Shown: positions 1 through 11,270, counted from the stretch's first letter. The stretch: 64,000 nucleotides of DNA from an uncultured delta proteobacterium (GCA_963826785.1 CAWGYD010000006.1:544001-608000), one strand, 5' to 3'. The notes: generated by a model not told the origin, from the sequence alone. Translations and numbers: made by a program.

Positions 1-550
1 GGTCTATCCCACCCGCAACCTCTATGGCCTCGGCGGGGATGCTTTTTCCCGCAAGGCTGTGCAGCGGGTGTTTGACATCAAGCGGCGTCCCGCGCATAAA
101 CCCGTTTCCCTGCTGATCAAGTCGCGCAATGTTTTATTTCAATTGGCAGACGATATCCCGACGCTGGCCAAACCATGGATGGACCGGTTCTGGCCGGGGC
201 ACCTGACCCTGGTGCTGCGGGCCAGGGGCGATGTGCCGGCATGGCTTACGGCCGGGACGGGCAAAATCGGCCTGCGCATCCCCGAACATCCGGTGGCCCG
301 GGCCCTGGTGGACGCACTGGATACCCCCCTCACCGGCACCAGCGCCAACCTGTCCGGCGGCCCCGGCTGTCATCGCATAGAGGACCTTGCCCCGCAGATT
401 TGCGCACGGGTCCAACTGATCATCGACGCCGGCCCCCTGCCCGAAGGCGCCGGTTCCACCGTGGCGGACATGACCACCGACCCGCCCGTGGTTATCCGGG
501 AAGGCGCCGTCCCCCGAAACGTCCTGTTTGACTCATTGGATCTTTTATAA
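1..550 (+). CDS. tsaC: L-threonylcarbamoyladenylate synthase (Sua5/YrdC family), 5' end outside window
   Basis: Frame 2 reads VYPTRNLYGLG from base 2, then KRRPAHKP, FWPGHLT, GLRIP, TSANLSG and STVADMT, all YrdC-domain motifs. Confidence 0.9.
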   Translation, partial: VYPTRNLYGLGGDAFSRKAVQRVFDIKRRPAHKPVSLLIKSRNVLFQLADDIPTLAKPWMDRFWPGHLTLVLRARGDVPAWLTAGTGKIGLRIPEHPVARALVDALDTPLTGTSANLSGGPGCHRIEDLAPQICARVQLIIDAGPLPEGAGSTVADMTTDPPVVIREGAVPRNVLFDSLDLL

Positions 551-873
551 AGATTTTCCCGCTCTTTCTCTCCCTTTCCCTCGTGCCCGTGCACGAAAGA
601 CTTGGAACGGTTTATCTCATCAGCGGCCAGCAAGATTGAGGGCCTTTTTTTCATTTCAACTTCCCCTTTTCTCACTCCATACTTGATCTATTCCTATATT
701 TTTATTATGCATATATTTTCACCTTGAATCTGCCATTAAAAAAAAATCAGGTTCATAAAACGGATGTTCTTCAGCATGTACCGGCTGAAGGCGTGAATGC
801 GGACAAACGACTTAAACCGGTCATATAAAATATTGTTTTTATTCAACTGTCTACCCAATGAAAGGAAAAGATC

Positions 874-2727
874 ATGGCGCAGCAGATTGCAGATCGCAGG
901 GATGTTGATTTCGTCATCTACGAGCAGTTTGAAAGCGAAAAGCTGACGAAGTATCCGCGCTACAGTGACATGAACCGGAAGATGTTCGATATGATCATCA
1001 CGGAAGCGCGCAATTTCGCGATTAAGGAGATTCTCCCGGTGAACGAGGAGGGGGACAAGGTGGGGCTCAAGTTTGAAAACAACCAGGTCACCGTCCCCGA
1101 GTGCTTTCACCGGCCTTACAAACTCCTGTGCGAAGGGGAATGGATCGCCATGACCGAGGACCCGGAGATCGGCGGCCAGGGGCTTCCCCATATTATCTCC
1201 CAGGCGACGGCGGAATACATCGTGGGGGCCGACTTTTCCTTCGGGGCCTTCGGGTTCGCCACCCACGGGGCGGCCAAGATGATCGAGGTATTCGGCACGG
1301 AAAAGCAGAAGGAGTTGTACCTGGGCAAGATGTATTCCGGCCAGTGGACCGGCACCATGGTGCTGACCGAACCCGAAGCCGGTTCCGACGTGGGGGCGCT
1401 GACCACCACCGCGGTGAAAAACGACGACGGCACCTATTCCATCTCCGGCAACAAGATCTTCATCACCTGCGGCGAGCACGACCTGGCGGAAAACATCATC
1501 CACCCCGTGCTGGCCCGCATCGAGGGCGCACCCGCCGGCACCAAGGGAATTTCCCTGTTCATCGTCCCCAAGATCTGGGTGAACGAGGACGGTTCCATGG
1601 GAGAGCCCAACGATGTGGTCTGCACCGGCATCGAGGAAAAACTGGGCCTGCATGCCAGTCCCACCTGCCAGATGACCTTCGGCGGAAAGGGAAACTGCCG
1701 GGGCGTACTGCTGGGCGAGGAAAACAAGGGGATGCGGGTGATGTTTCACATGATGAACGAAGCCCGTCTGGGCGTGGGGGCTCTGGGCCTGTTCAACGCC
1801 TCCTGCGCCTACCTGTACGCGATCAATTACGCCCGGGAGCGGGTCCAGGGCCGGGACCTGGCCGACATGCTCTCCAAGGATGCGCCTTCCGTCAACATCA
1901 TCCGGCACCCGGACGTGCGGCGGATGCTGCTGGGAATGAAAGCCTACACCGAAGGGATGCGCAGCCTGGTCTATTACATCTCCCATCTTTTCGACCGGCA
2001 GGTGCTGGCGGAAACCGAGGCGGAAAAAGCCGAACTGGAAGACTACATCAGCCTGCTGACCCCCATCGTCAAATCCTACTGCACGGACCGGGGGTTTGAA
2101 TGCACGGTCCAGGCCATGCAGGTTTACGGCGGCTACGGATACACCCGGGACTACCCGGTGGAGCGGCTGATGCGCGATTCCAAGATCAACTCCATCTATG
2201 AGGGGACCAACGGGATTCAGGCCATGGACCTGCTGGGCCGCAAGATGGGGATGAAAAAAGGGGCGGTGTTCATGAGTTTTCTGGGCGAAATCCAGAAGCA
2301 GATCGCCCAGGCCAAGGAAACCCCGAAACTGGCCGATCTGGCGGCACAGCTCGAAACCGTGATCAACCGCCTGGGGGAAGTGGCCATGCACCTGGGCAAG
2401 ACGGCCATGTCTCTTGATTTCAAGGTGGCCTTCGCCCACGCCCTGCCGTTTCTCGATGTCATGGGGGACGTGATCATGGCCTGGATGCTGCTGTGGCGGG
2501 CCAACGTGGCCGCGCCCCAGCTGGAGAAGCTCCTGGGCGACGCACAGGGAGAAGAGCGCCTGGAAAAGCTCAACAAGAACAAGAACGCCGCCTTCTACGA
2601 AGGGCAGATCAAATCGGCGGAATACTTCATCCAGACCGTCCTGCCCGTCACCATGGGCCGCATGGATTCCATCCAGGTCGGCAGCAAAGCCGCGGTGGAA
2701 ATCCCCGAAGTCTGCTTCGGCGGATAA
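874..2727 (+). CDS. Acyl-CoA dehydrogenase (long, ~600 aa type)
   Basis: MVLTEPEAGSDV, GNKIFIT, EEKLGLHASPTC, QVYGGYGY and IYEGTNGIQAMDL; RBS AAGGA upstream. Confidence 0.95.
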   Translation: MAQQIADRRDVDFVIYEQFESEKLTKYPRYSDMNRKMFDMIITEARNFAIKEILPVNEEGDKVGLKFENNQVTVPECFHRPYKLLCEGEWIAMTEDPEIGGQGLPHIISQATAEYIVGADFSFGAFGFATHGAAKMIEVFGTEKQKELYLGKMYSGQWTGTMVLTEPEAGSDVGALTTTAVKNDDGTYSISGNKIFITCGEHDLAENIIHPVLARIEGAPAGTKGISLFIVPKIWVNEDGSMGEPNDVVCTGIEEKLGLHASPTCQMTFGGKGNCRGVLLGEENKGMRVMFHMMNEARLGVGALGLFNASCAYLYAINYARERVQGRDLADMLSKDAPSVNIIRHPDVRRMLLGMKAYTEGMRSLVYYISHLFDRQVLAETEAEKAELEDYISLLTPIVKSYCTDRGFECTVQAMQVYGGYGYTRDYPVERLMRDSKINSIYEGTNGIQAMDLLGRKMGMKKGAVFMSFLGEIQKQIAQAKETPKLADLAAQLETVINRLGEVAMHLGKTAMSLDFKVAFAHALPFLDVMGDVIMAWMLLWRANVAAPQLEKLLGDAQGEERLEKLNKNKNAAFYEGQIKSAEYFIQTVLPVTMGRMDSIQVGSKAAVEIPEVCFGG

Positions 2728-2749
2728 GTATTTTTTTAAAGGCAATAAA

Positions 2750-2784
2750 GCAAAAAGGGCGGCTGATTCAGCCGCCCTTTTTGC
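2750..2784. terminator. Bidirectional intrinsic terminator
   Basis: GCAAAAAGGGCGGCTGA-T-TCAGCCGCCCTTTTTGC inverted repeat between convergent genes. Confidence 0.85.
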
Positions 2785-2900
2785 ATCTTTATAGGGTCAG
2801 AAAAAGATATGAAAAATCCAGGCACCGGAAATATTTTACAGGGGCAAAACCGCCGAGTTCTCCCGGTGAAAAGGGGGGCTGATTATTCCTCAAAATTTAA

Positions 2901-2930
2901 ATCCCCCCTTGAGGGGGGCAGGGGGGTGTC
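2901..2930. repeat. REP-like palindromic repeat, single copy
   Basis: ATCCCCCCTTGAGGGGGGCAGGGGGGTGTC; the same unit recurs at 30117-30396 and 37874-37917. Confidence 0.8.
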
Positions 2931-2944
2931 CTCCCCGAATTGCC

Positions 2945-3850
2945 TCAATCTCCCGCATCCGGAGCCGGGTGAAAGTAACGTGTCCGAATCCGGTAATAAT
3001 TGCGCAGCAGAAACATCATCGGCCGCCGGAAGGGGTAAATTTTTTTGGGAAAAAAGGTCAGCTTGTTCAACGATTCAAAGCCGTCGATCATGCGCTTTGC
3101 ATCCCACGCGATGGTCCTGCCGGACTGGTCAAATCCCCAGGTATTGAATCTGTCCGCCAGTTTCTGGCTGCGCATCTCCGCTTCAAAATGAAGCGGCCCC
3201 GGGATGACCAGCGGCTTCATATCGGATGCTTCACGGACGGCGGCGGCCGCCTCTTCCCGCAGTCTCTTGCGGCCCTCGGCCAGGTAAGCTGCCGTGTCTC
3301 TGCCGGCATTATAGGTTTGTTTCTTCTTGTCCACCACCACCGACCGGGCCCACGGCAGAACCGCAAGCGCCTGTTTCACCGCGATATCCTCACCGGAAAC
3401 AAAGCCCACGGGGATATTGAATTCCCCCAGGTAGCCGCCGTAAATATCCATTTCACAGGCGATCTTCCCGTTGATGCGCATCTCCGAGAAAATGCCGTAA
3501 TGGGTGTGGGGGAAAAACGCATCCGGCGTCCCGGCGGCTGCGTGAATGGCCACATAGAGCACCAGGTCATAAGTCGACACCGGCCCGTACAGGGTCGGCT
3601 TCACGTAATGTCCGCCCACGTACCGCGCCCGGCGGTCCAGCGCCTTGACGATGCAGTTGAACCCCATCTCGTGGGTGTCCTTGACGGTCACCGACGTGGC
3701 CCCGCCGTTAAACGCCCCGGCAATCACATGGTTGACGTCCTCGGTCAGGCACTCCCGGCCATACTGCCACTGGCGTGTCCCCACCCGGCACTGCCGCATT
3801 CGCCAGATGCCGAAACTCCCTTCAATGTCCGCAAAGACCGCAACGTTCAT
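2945..3850 (-). CDS. M55 family metallopeptidase (DppA-like D-aminopeptidase)
   Basis: N-terminal ADIEG, then DTH, HAAAG..FFPHT and VSGED motifs. Confidence 0.85.
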   Translation of the reverse strand: MNVAVFADIEGSFGIWRMRQCRVGTRQWQYGRECLTEDVNHVIAGAFNGGATSVTVKDTHEMGFNCIVKALDRRARYVGGHYVKPTLYGPVSTYDLVLYVAIHAAAGTPDAFFPHTHYGIFSEMRINGKIACEMDIYGGYLGEFNIPVGFVSGEDIAVKQALAVLPWARSVVVDKKKQTYNAGRDTAAYLAEGRKRLREEAAAAVREASDMKPLVIPGPLHFEAEMRSQKLADRFNTWGFDQSGRTIAWDAKRMIDGFESLNKLTFFPKKIYPFRRPMMFLLRNYYRIRTRYFHPAPDAGD

Positions 3851-3972
3851 AAAATGATTTCCAGATAAATATTGACATCAGGGGCAAGGCATATAAAGGT
3901 AAAAGTATCGATATGTTATAATAGAAATAGCAGCCTGAAGCAGACAAATCAAGGAGAAAGAATGGACACCCG

Positions 3973-4416
3973 GTGACCGCCTACCTCAGCCTGTTTGCCA
4001 CGGCCTTTCTGGCCGCCACCATCCTGCCCGCCTATTCCGAGGTGATGTTTGCGGGGATGCTGGCCGCCGGGTATGATCCGCTGGCCCTGTGGGGCTGGGC
4101 CACGGCCGGAAATACCCTGGGGGCGGCGGTCAACTGGCTGCTGGGGCGCTATCTTTTGCAATTCCAGGACCGGAAATGGTTTCCCTTCAAGACGGCTAAC
4201 CTGCACCGGGCCCAAGCCTGGTTTCAGCGGTTCGGGGTGTGGTCCCTGCTGTTTGCGTGGCTGCCTGTGGGGGGAGATGCCCTGACCTTTGTCGCCGGGA
4301 TCATGCGGGTGCGCTTTGCCGTCTTTTTTGCCCTCACCGGCATCGGCAAGGGGGTGCGCTATGCCATTCTGCTGGGGCTCATCCGGGGATTCGGACGAAT
4401 TTTCGGGATGGGATAA
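3973..4416 (+). CDS. YqaA/DedA (VTT domain) membrane protein
   Basis: AFLAATILPAYSE, GNTLG and LLFAWLPVGGDALTFVAG. Confidence 0.85.
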   Translation: MTAYLSLFATAFLAATILPAYSEVMFAGMLAAGYDPLALWGWATAGNTLGAAVNWLLGRYLLQFQDRKWFPFKTANLHRAQAWFQRFGVWSLLFAWLPVGGDALTFVAGIMRVRFAVFFALTGIGKGVRYAILLGLIRGFGRIFGMG

Positions 4417-4460
4417 AGAAGCAAAATTTTACAGGTCCATCATAAACTGAGAGAATTTCA

Positions 4461-4664
4461 ATGAGCACATGGACGTTGATATGGGGCGTGATTTTTGGGT
4501 CCATCGGCCTTGGCTTTTTTGTTTACGGCAAAAAACAAAAAGCGGTGATTCCGTTTTTCAGCGGCATCGGGCTGATGGTCTTTCCATATTTTATTTCAAA
4601 TAATTATATACTGGTCCTTTCCGGCGTCGTTCTGATGGCGCTGCCCTACTTCATCAGAATGTAA
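4461..4664 (+). CDS. Small membrane protein (67 aa), function unknown
   Basis: Three short hydrophobic segments; FGSIGLGFFVYGKKQ and LMVFPYF. Confidence 0.7.
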   Translation: MSTWTLIWGVIFGSIGLGFFVYGKKQKAVIPFFSGIGLMVFPYFISNNYILVLSGVVLMALPYFIRM

Positions 4665-5306
4665 TACCAATTTGCATTCAAGCGCCAGGGAGCCCGGAAG
4701 CGCCGCCCTACAAATTTGCGCCCAGGCCGCCTTTGCTTTTTCAATCAACGCGGCATCATTGCGGGCTGCGTTCCGGTCCACTTCGGCACCGTAGTGATGG
4801 ATGAATTCGATGTTTGCTGCGCCCAGCGACAGCGGGATGACGTGGAGCCACTCGTTTAAGTGGTCATAGAGTTGCGGGAGCATCTGCGGGGGGTCGGCAT
4901 CCCCCCGGGAAAGGACGATGATGAATTTCTTTCCGGCGGGAAATTCGAACCGGATAAATTCCTTTCCGGTCTGCGGGTCCGTGCCGGATTCCATGAAGCA
5001 GTAGAGGCGGTCCACCAGCATTTTAAACTGCGCGCTGACGTGAAACCAGTAGACCGGCGTTCCCAATACGATGGCGTCATAATCTTTGAGTTCGGACAAC
5101 AGCCCCGAAAGATCATCCTTTTGAACGCACCGGCCCGGATGCTTTTTGCATCCCTCGCACCCCCGGCATCCATGGATGTCATGCTCCCTTAAGTTGACCA
5201 TCCGCGTTTCGGCCCCCTTTGCGGCGGCCCCTTCCAATACCGATTCGACCAGCGTCTGGGTGTTGCCCCCTTTTCTGGGGCTGGCATTGATTCCAATGAC
5301 TTTCAT
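4596..5306 (-). CDS. Flavodoxin-like iron-sulfur flavoprotein (NADPH-dependent FMN reductase family)
   Basis: MKVIGINASPRKGGNT, CRGCEGC..C and GTPVYW; start placed at 5306 after a GGAGAG RBS. The 69-nt overlap with the opposite gene suggests the true end is the TAG at 4708-4710 (..LGANL*) after a small indel. Confidence 0.85.
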   Translation of the reverse strand: MKVIGINASPRKGGNTQTLVESVLEGAAAKGAETRMVNLREHDIHGCRGCEGCKKHPGRCVQKDDLSGLLSELKDYDAIVLGTPVYWFHVSAQFKMLVDRLYCFMESGTDPQTGKEFIRFEFPAGKKFIIVLSRGDADPPQMLPQLYDHLNEWLHVIPLSLGAANIEFIHHYGAEVDRNAARNDAALIEKAKAAWAQICRAALPGSLALECKLVLHSDEVGQRHQNDAGKDQYIII

Positions 5307-5720
5307 GTTTAAGTTCTCTCCTCTATTATTTCGTTTGTCGTTAAAGGCGTATGCGCACCATTCGTGTTTTTCAAATATACCATACATGGCCGCCTTCCGG
5401 CAGGGTTTTCCACTCAGGCACTCTGTTTTTTATGCATAGGCTTTAAAATATCTTGCAATTTATCGCAGATGCGTGTAATAAAATACGTTTATCAAAAGTG
5501 TAAGCGTCAAACCGTAACCCGATAATCCGAAACCCGGTCGATATCACCCTTCCCGGGTTCCTGACGGCAATCCCGCCTGTTTTTACTCCATACCGGCTGA
5601 AGGCCCGCACGAATTCGGAAAAAAAACAGTATCCGGAAAGCGCCGGCATTTGAGGCGGTATCACCGAAAAAATTTTACCGGCCGGACTTTACCCTCCCTT
5701 GTCCAAGCCGTATCCTAAAA

Positions 5721-7538
5721 ATGAAAGAAGAGATTTTGATGTCAACACATGAACATGAATCCATAGCATTTCGTGATTTTTCCCTGCCTCCCCAGCTGCT
5801 TGCGGCATTAAATGACGTGGGGTACGAAGTGCCCACCCCCATTCAGGAAAAGACGATCCCCATCGTGATGGCCGGGATCGATGTCATCGGGCAGGCCCAG
5901 ACGGGAACGGGAAAAACCGCCGCTTTTGCGCTGCCGATCCTCTCCCGGATCGACCTGGGCCGGCCCACGCCCCAGGCCCTGATCCTCACCCCCACGCGGG
6001 AACTGGCCATCCAGGTGTCCGAAGCCTTTCACCGGTATGCCGCCCATCTTGCCGATTTCCGGGTGCTGCCCATTTACGGCGGCCAGGATTACAGCGGCCA
6101 GCTTCGCCGCTTGAAGCGGGGGGTGCACGTGGTGGTGGGGACGCCCGGACGGGTGATGGATCACATGCGCCGGGGAACGCTTCGGCTCGATGCCGTCAAC
6201 TGCCTGGTGCTCGACGAGGCGGACGAAATGCTGCGCATGGGCTTTATCGATGATGTGGAGTGGATACTGGACCAGACGCCGGCCGGCCGGCAGATCGCCC
6301 TGTTTTCAGCGACCATTCCCGCTCCCATCCGGAAAATCGCCAAGAAGTATATGCGCGACCCGGAGCAGATCACCATCAAGGGCGAAACCATGACGGTTGC
6401 GGCCACCCGGCAGCGGTTCCGGGTGGTGGGCGAGCACCACAAACTCGATGCACTGACCCGTATCCTGGAGGTGGAGCCGTTCGAGGGGGTGCTCATTTTC
6501 GTGCGCACCAAAACCGCAACACTGGAGCTTTCGGAAAAACTGGAAGCCCGGGGGTATCCGTGTGCGGCGCTGAACGGGGATATCGTCCAGGTCCGGCGGG
6601 AGCAGATCATTTCCCAGTTGAAAGACGGCCGCCTCGATATCGTGGTGGCCACCGACGTGGCCGCCCGGGGGCTCGATGTCGATCGGGTCAGCCATGTGAT
6701 CAACTATGATGTGCCCAACGAGACCGAAGCCTATGTCCACCGGATCGGCCGCACGGGGCGTGCCGGGCGCAGCGGTGAGGCCATCCTGTTCGTCACTCCG
6801 CGGGAGCGGCGGATGCTGTCTGCCATCGAAAAGGTCACCCGGCAGAAGATCGAGGAACTGGAGCTGCCCACCAGTGAAATGATCAACGACACCCGGATCG
6901 CCCGGTTCAAGGAACAGATCACCGACACGCTGTCCAAAAACGACCTGGGGTTTTTTGTGGACATGATGGACCAATACCGGCAGGAGCATGATGTTCCGGC
7001 AATCAACATTGCCGCGGCCCTGGCCCGGATCGTCCAGGGGGACAACCCGCTGCTCATGCCGCCGGACACCCGGGAAAAACCCGCCGGCAAGAAGAGCCAA
7101 AGAGACGCAAAATCGGTATTTGTCGAGAAGAAGCCCCGGAAGGAAAAGCCGTTCCCGTCGACCCGGCGCCCGGGCCGGTCAGACGCGGATAAGGAGCCCT
7201 TCCGCATCGAAGTCGGCCATCTTCACGGGGTAAAGCCCGGCAACATCGTCGGGGCGATCGCCAACGAGGCGGGTCTCGATGCGGCCGACATCGGCCGGAT
7301 CAACATCGAAGACGAGTTTTCCACCGTGGAACTGCCCGCCGGCATGCCCGCCGAAATCTTTTCGCGTTTGAAAAAGGTGTGGGTGGTCGGCCGACAGCTC
7401 AATATCTCCAAGTCCGGGGCACCCGGCCCGGCCAGGAAGCCAAGGACCGCCGCCGGTGCACCGCAAAAGCCGGTCCGGACCGACCGCAAAGGGAAAAAAT
7501 CACGCGAAGCCAGGCGGCTGAGAAGACAGGGGGAGTAA
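5721..7538 (+). CDS. deaD: DEAD-box RNA helicase DeaD/CsdA with DbpA-type RNA-binding C-terminus
   Basis: AQTGTGKT, PTRELA, DEAD, SAT, HRIGRTGRAG and KPGNIVGAIANE; start may be 5739. Confidence 0.92.
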   Translation: MKEEILMSTHEHESIAFRDFSLPPQLLAALNDVGYEVPTPIQEKTIPIVMAGIDVIGQAQTGTGKTAAFALPILSRIDLGRPTPQALILTPTRELAIQVSEAFHRYAAHLADFRVLPIYGGQDYSGQLRRLKRGVHVVVGTPGRVMDHMRRGTLRLDAVNCLVLDEADEMLRMGFIDDVEWILDQTPAGRQIALFSATIPAPIRKIAKKYMRDPEQITIKGETMTVAATRQRFRVVGEHHKLDALTRILEVEPFEGVLIFVRTKTATLELSEKLEARGYPCAALNGDIVQVRREQIISQLKDGRLDIVVATDVAARGLDVDRVSHVINYDVPNETEAYVHRIGRTGRAGRSGEAILFVTPRERRMLSAIEKVTRQKIEELELPTSEMINDTRIARFKEQITDTLSKNDLGFFVDMMDQYRQEHDVPAINIAAALARIVQGDNPLLMPPDTREKPAGKKSQRDAKSVFVEKKPRKEKPFPSTRRPGRSDADKEPFRIEVGHLHGVKPGNIVGAIANEAGLDAADIGRINIEDEFSTVELPAGMPAEIFSRLKKVWVVGRQLNISKSGAPGPARKPRTAAGAPQKPVRTDRKGKKSREARRLRRQGE

Positions 7539-7569
7539 ACCCCGGATCTTGAGGGCACCATGAGCGCCC

Positions 7570-9126
7570 CTAAGGGGCGGCAACCGCGGATGAGGCGCTG
7601 ATCCAGTCCGGCGGGGCGGTCAGGTCGATGTGGAACACCGCTGTTCCCAGGTAGTAGAACAATAACGTGACCAGGACCGCGCCCACCAGGTTGATCAGTA
7701 TCCCGGCCCGGGCCATCTCGGAAATCCGCAGGCGGCCGCTTCCGAACACAATGGCATTGGGCGGGGTGGCCACCGGCATCATGAAAGCGCAGGATGCGGA
7801 AATGGTGGCCGGGACCATCAGCAGCAGCGGATGGACCTTGAGCCCCACGGCCACCGCTGCAAGGATGGGGAGCAGCATTTCCGTGGTGGCGGTGTTGGAG
7901 GTCAACTCCGTCAGGAAGGTGACCATCAGGCACAGGATGATGATCATCAAAAGGACCGGCACCCCCGACAGGCCGGCAAATTCCTGGCCGATAAGGGTGG
8001 ACAGCCCGGTGGACTGAAATCCTTTGGCCAGCGCAAACCCCCCGCCGAACAGCAGAACGATCCCCCAGGGCAAACGCAAGATCAGGCCGGCATCGGCCAG
8101 GGCGGCACTCTCCGCGTTTTTCGAGGCAGGCAGCAGAAACAGGATCAGGGCCATGGTCAGGGCCACGCTGCCGTCATCGATCATCTCCGGGTAGGGCATA
8201 AAGGCCGACCATCCGGGGATCGCCACCACCCCCAGTTCGATTTTTTCCCGAAATACCCATAAGAGCGCGGTCAGCGCAAATACGATCAGCACCATTTTTT
8301 CTTCATATCCGATGGGACCCAGCCGGCGGTAGGCCTGTTGTGTCAGATGCGGATCCATCCGGAGACCGGCGGCAGGGCGGTAGATGATCTTTGTGAGCAC
8401 CACCCAGATGATGAGCAGCATGGCCACTGTCAGCGGCAGCCCCATGATGATCCACTGCCCGAATGTGATCATCGGGGCCCGGGGAAAGGTGATCTGAAAG
8501 ATCCGCGCAAAAGAGAGGTTCGGCGGGGTCCCCACCAGGGTGGCGATGCCGCCCACCGAACACGCGTAGGCGATCCCCAGCATCAGCGCCACCGTAAAAT
8601 GGTGGGTGTCGTCTTTCCCGAACTCCTCCTCCATTTTATAGACGATGGCCAGTCCGATGGGCATCATCATCACCGCGGTGGCGGTATTGGAAATCCACAT
8701 GGACAGAAAACCGGCAGCAACCATGAATCCCAGCACGATGCGCGACGGCCCGCCGCCGATCATGCGGATGATCGAAAGGGCGATCCGCCGGTGGAGGTTC
8801 CATTTCTCCATGGTCAGGGCGATGATGAAACCGCCGATGAACAGGAAAATGGTGGAGTTGAAATAGACCGGGGCGGTGGACTTGGCCGGCATGATCCCCA
8901 GCAGCGGATAGAAGACCATGGGGACCAGGGCGGTGGCGGCCAGGGGGATGGCCTCTGTGATCCACCACAGGGCCATCAGTGTCGCCACCCCGGCCATCCG
9001 GGTCACCTCGGGATGGCCCGGTGAAAGATCGGTGAAGAGCATGAAGGCCGCACATATCAGCGGCCCCAAAAACAGGCCCGCAGTCTGGGTGCGTGTTCTT
9101 TTCCCGGGTCCGGGATGTTCAGCCAT
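7570..9126 (-). CDS. SLC13/DASS family sodium:dicarboxylate or sulfate symporter
   Basis: WWITEAIP, two SNTAT motifs, GTPPN and FMMPVATPPNAIVF. Confidence 0.92.
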   Translation of the reverse strand: MAEHPGPGKRTRTQTAGLFLGPLICAAFMLFTDLSPGHPEVTRMAGVATLMALWWITEAIPLAATALVPMVFYPLLGIMPAKSTAPVYFNSTIFLFIGGFIIALTMEKWNLHRRIALSIIRMIGGGPSRIVLGFMVAAGFLSMWISNTATAVMMMPIGLAIVYKMEEEFGKDDTHHFTVALMLGIAYACSVGGIATLVGTPPNLSFARIFQITFPRAPMITFGQWIIMGLPLTVAMLLIIWVVLTKIIYRPAAGLRMDPHLTQQAYRRLGPIGYEEKMVLIVFALTALLWVFREKIELGVVAIPGWSAFMPYPEMIDDGSVALTMALILFLLPASKNAESAALADAGLILRLPWGIVLLFGGGFALAKGFQSTGLSTLIGQEFAGLSGVPVLLMIIILCLMVTFLTELTSNTATTEMLLPILAAVAVGLKVHPLLLMVPATISASCAFMMPVATPPNAIVFGSGRLRISEMARAGILINLVGAVLVTLLFYYLGTAVFHIDLTAPPDWISASSAVAAP

Positions 9127-9325
9127 GAGATCACCTGATGATCAATAAAAATTCAAATGATTTCGAATTTGTGTAAAATATCACATGATGATACATTTTT
9201 GCAAACGGCATGTCGTTGCCTTTTGCATCCGGAAGCGGCCGGTGCCGGGTAAATGTTGCCGGCCGGCCGGATAGTGGCGATATTTTTGAACCTGCAATGG
9301 AAAAAAAAGGGCTGAAGGGAAAAAG

Positions 9326-11270
9326 ATGACGGTTTCCACCGGCGGGACGGACGGAAAAAATCAGAAAGGGGCTGCAGAAGACGAAGTCCCGGCCGTAATC
9401 GACAAGCGGCTGGCCCAGCTCTCACTGGCAGCCCTGGGCGTGGTTTTCGGGGATATTTCCACCAGTCCCATATATGCCCTCCGGGAGTGTTTTCATGGCG
9501 AATACGGAATTACCGTGAGCCCCGGAAATGTCATGGGAATCCTTTCTTTGATGTTCTGGGCGCTGGTGATGATCGTGGGCCTGAAATATCTCATATTCGT
9601 TTTCCGGGCGGAAAACCGGGGGGAAGGCGGGGTGATCGCCTTGACCGCCCTGATCCGGGGGCGGACCGGAATTTCCAGAAATCAGGGTCGGCGTGAGATT
9701 GGGGATCGTGGCCCTGGGGCTTTTTGCGGCATGCCTGCTTTACGGGGACGGAATGATCACCCCGGCCATATCCGTTTTGAGCGCCATAGAAGGCATCGGT
9801 ATCATCACCCCCGTATTCGATCCCTATATCATCCCCCTGACCATTGCCATTCTGCTGGGGCTGTTTCTGATCCAGAGACACGGCACGGCCCGGGTGGGCA
9901 GCCTTTTCGGACCGGTGATCCTGATCTGGCTGAGTTTTCTGGCGGTCACCGGTGCGCTGCAGATTGTTCGCTCTCCACAAGTTTTATCGGCGGTTTTCCC
10001 CTGGCATGCCGTCCGTTTTCTGATGTTCAACAAACTGCAGGGGTTCGTGGTACTGGGCGCTGTTTTTCTGGTGGTCACCGGAACCGAGGCCTTGTATGCG
10101 GATATGGGGCACTTCGGCACCCGGCCGATCCGCCTGACCTGGTTTGTGCTGGTTTTCCCGGCCCTGGTGCTGAACTATTTCGGCCAGGGCGCGCTGCTGC
10201 TGGTTCGCCCCGGGGCGTCATTCCATCCCTTCTATGCCATGGTGCCCGACTGGGCCATGATACCCACGGTCATTCTGGCCACCCTGGCCACCATCATCGC
10301 CTCCCAGGCCGTTATCAGCGGCGCCTTTTCACTGACCCGCCAGGCGATCCAGCTGGGCTATCTGCCGCGCCTGAAAGTCCGGCATACCTCTGTGGCGCAG
10401 ATGGGCCAGATTTACATCGGCCCGGTGAACTGGATGCTTGCGGTCTGCACGATCGCCCTGGTCATCGGCTTTCAGTCCTCCAGCAAGCTTGCCGCCGCAT
10501 ACGGGGTGGCCGTCACCTCCACCATGCTCATCACCTCGACGCTTTTTTTCATCGTGGCCCGCAAGCGGTGGAATTGGCCCCTGGTCTGGGCCGCTCCGCT
10601 GGTCGGCCTCTTTTATCTGGTGGATGCACCGTTCTTTGCCGCCAATATCCTCAAGATTCTTCACGGCGCCTGGTTCCCGCTGGTGATCGGCGCCATATTT
10701 TTCACCATGATGCTGACCTGGTCCAAGGGACGCGGCATACTTGCCGAAAATCTGCGGGTGATGACGCCGCCGGTCCATCAATTTATCGTGGATATCGGCA
10801 GTCACCCGCCCAATAAAATCGATGGAGATGCCGTGTTTCTGAGCGGAAGCCCGTTTGTGGTCCCCGCGGCCCTGGTCAAGAATGTCCGGCACAACCGGGT
10901 AATACACGGCCGAACGGTTCTGCTGCATTTCCGGGTGGAAGACGTTCCCCGGGTGCCGAATCTGGAAAAGATCAGGACCGAAAAACTCGGCGGCGGATTT
11001 CATCGAATGGAGGCCCGCTTCGGTTTTATGGAAAGCACCCAGATCGACACGGTACTGGCGCTGGCGAGGGGGCAGGGCCTGGACCTGAATCCCGAAAAAA
11101 CGAGTTTTTACATCGGCCGGGAGAAGCTGGTCATCGGTGAACCATCCAAAATGGCCCGGTGGCGGACCAACCTGTTTATTTTCATGTCCCGCAATGCCGC
11201 CGATGCCAGCTCCTTTTTCAACCTTCCGCCGGAACAGGTGATCGAAATCGGTGTCCGGATGACGGTCTGA
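9326..11270 (+). CDS. kup: Potassium transporter Kup, split by a frameshift near 9690
   Basis: The first frame has LGVVFGDISTSPIYA and ENRGEGG. The second continues LLYGDGMITPAISVLSA, GTEALYADMGHF and AYGVAV. Confidence 0.9.

Noticed and set aside
736..2745. 669-aa antisense ORF, and similar long shadow ORFs (15144-16571, 33300-34484, 35243-36511, 52024-53631)
   Set aside because: They overlap well-supported genes, have no motifs and are expected from high-GC codon bias.
9660..9700. Programmed ribosomal frameshifting in kup, aceA or the HgdB-type gene
   Set aside because: There are no slippery heptamers or stimulatory structures, and scattered indels are better explained as sequencing error.
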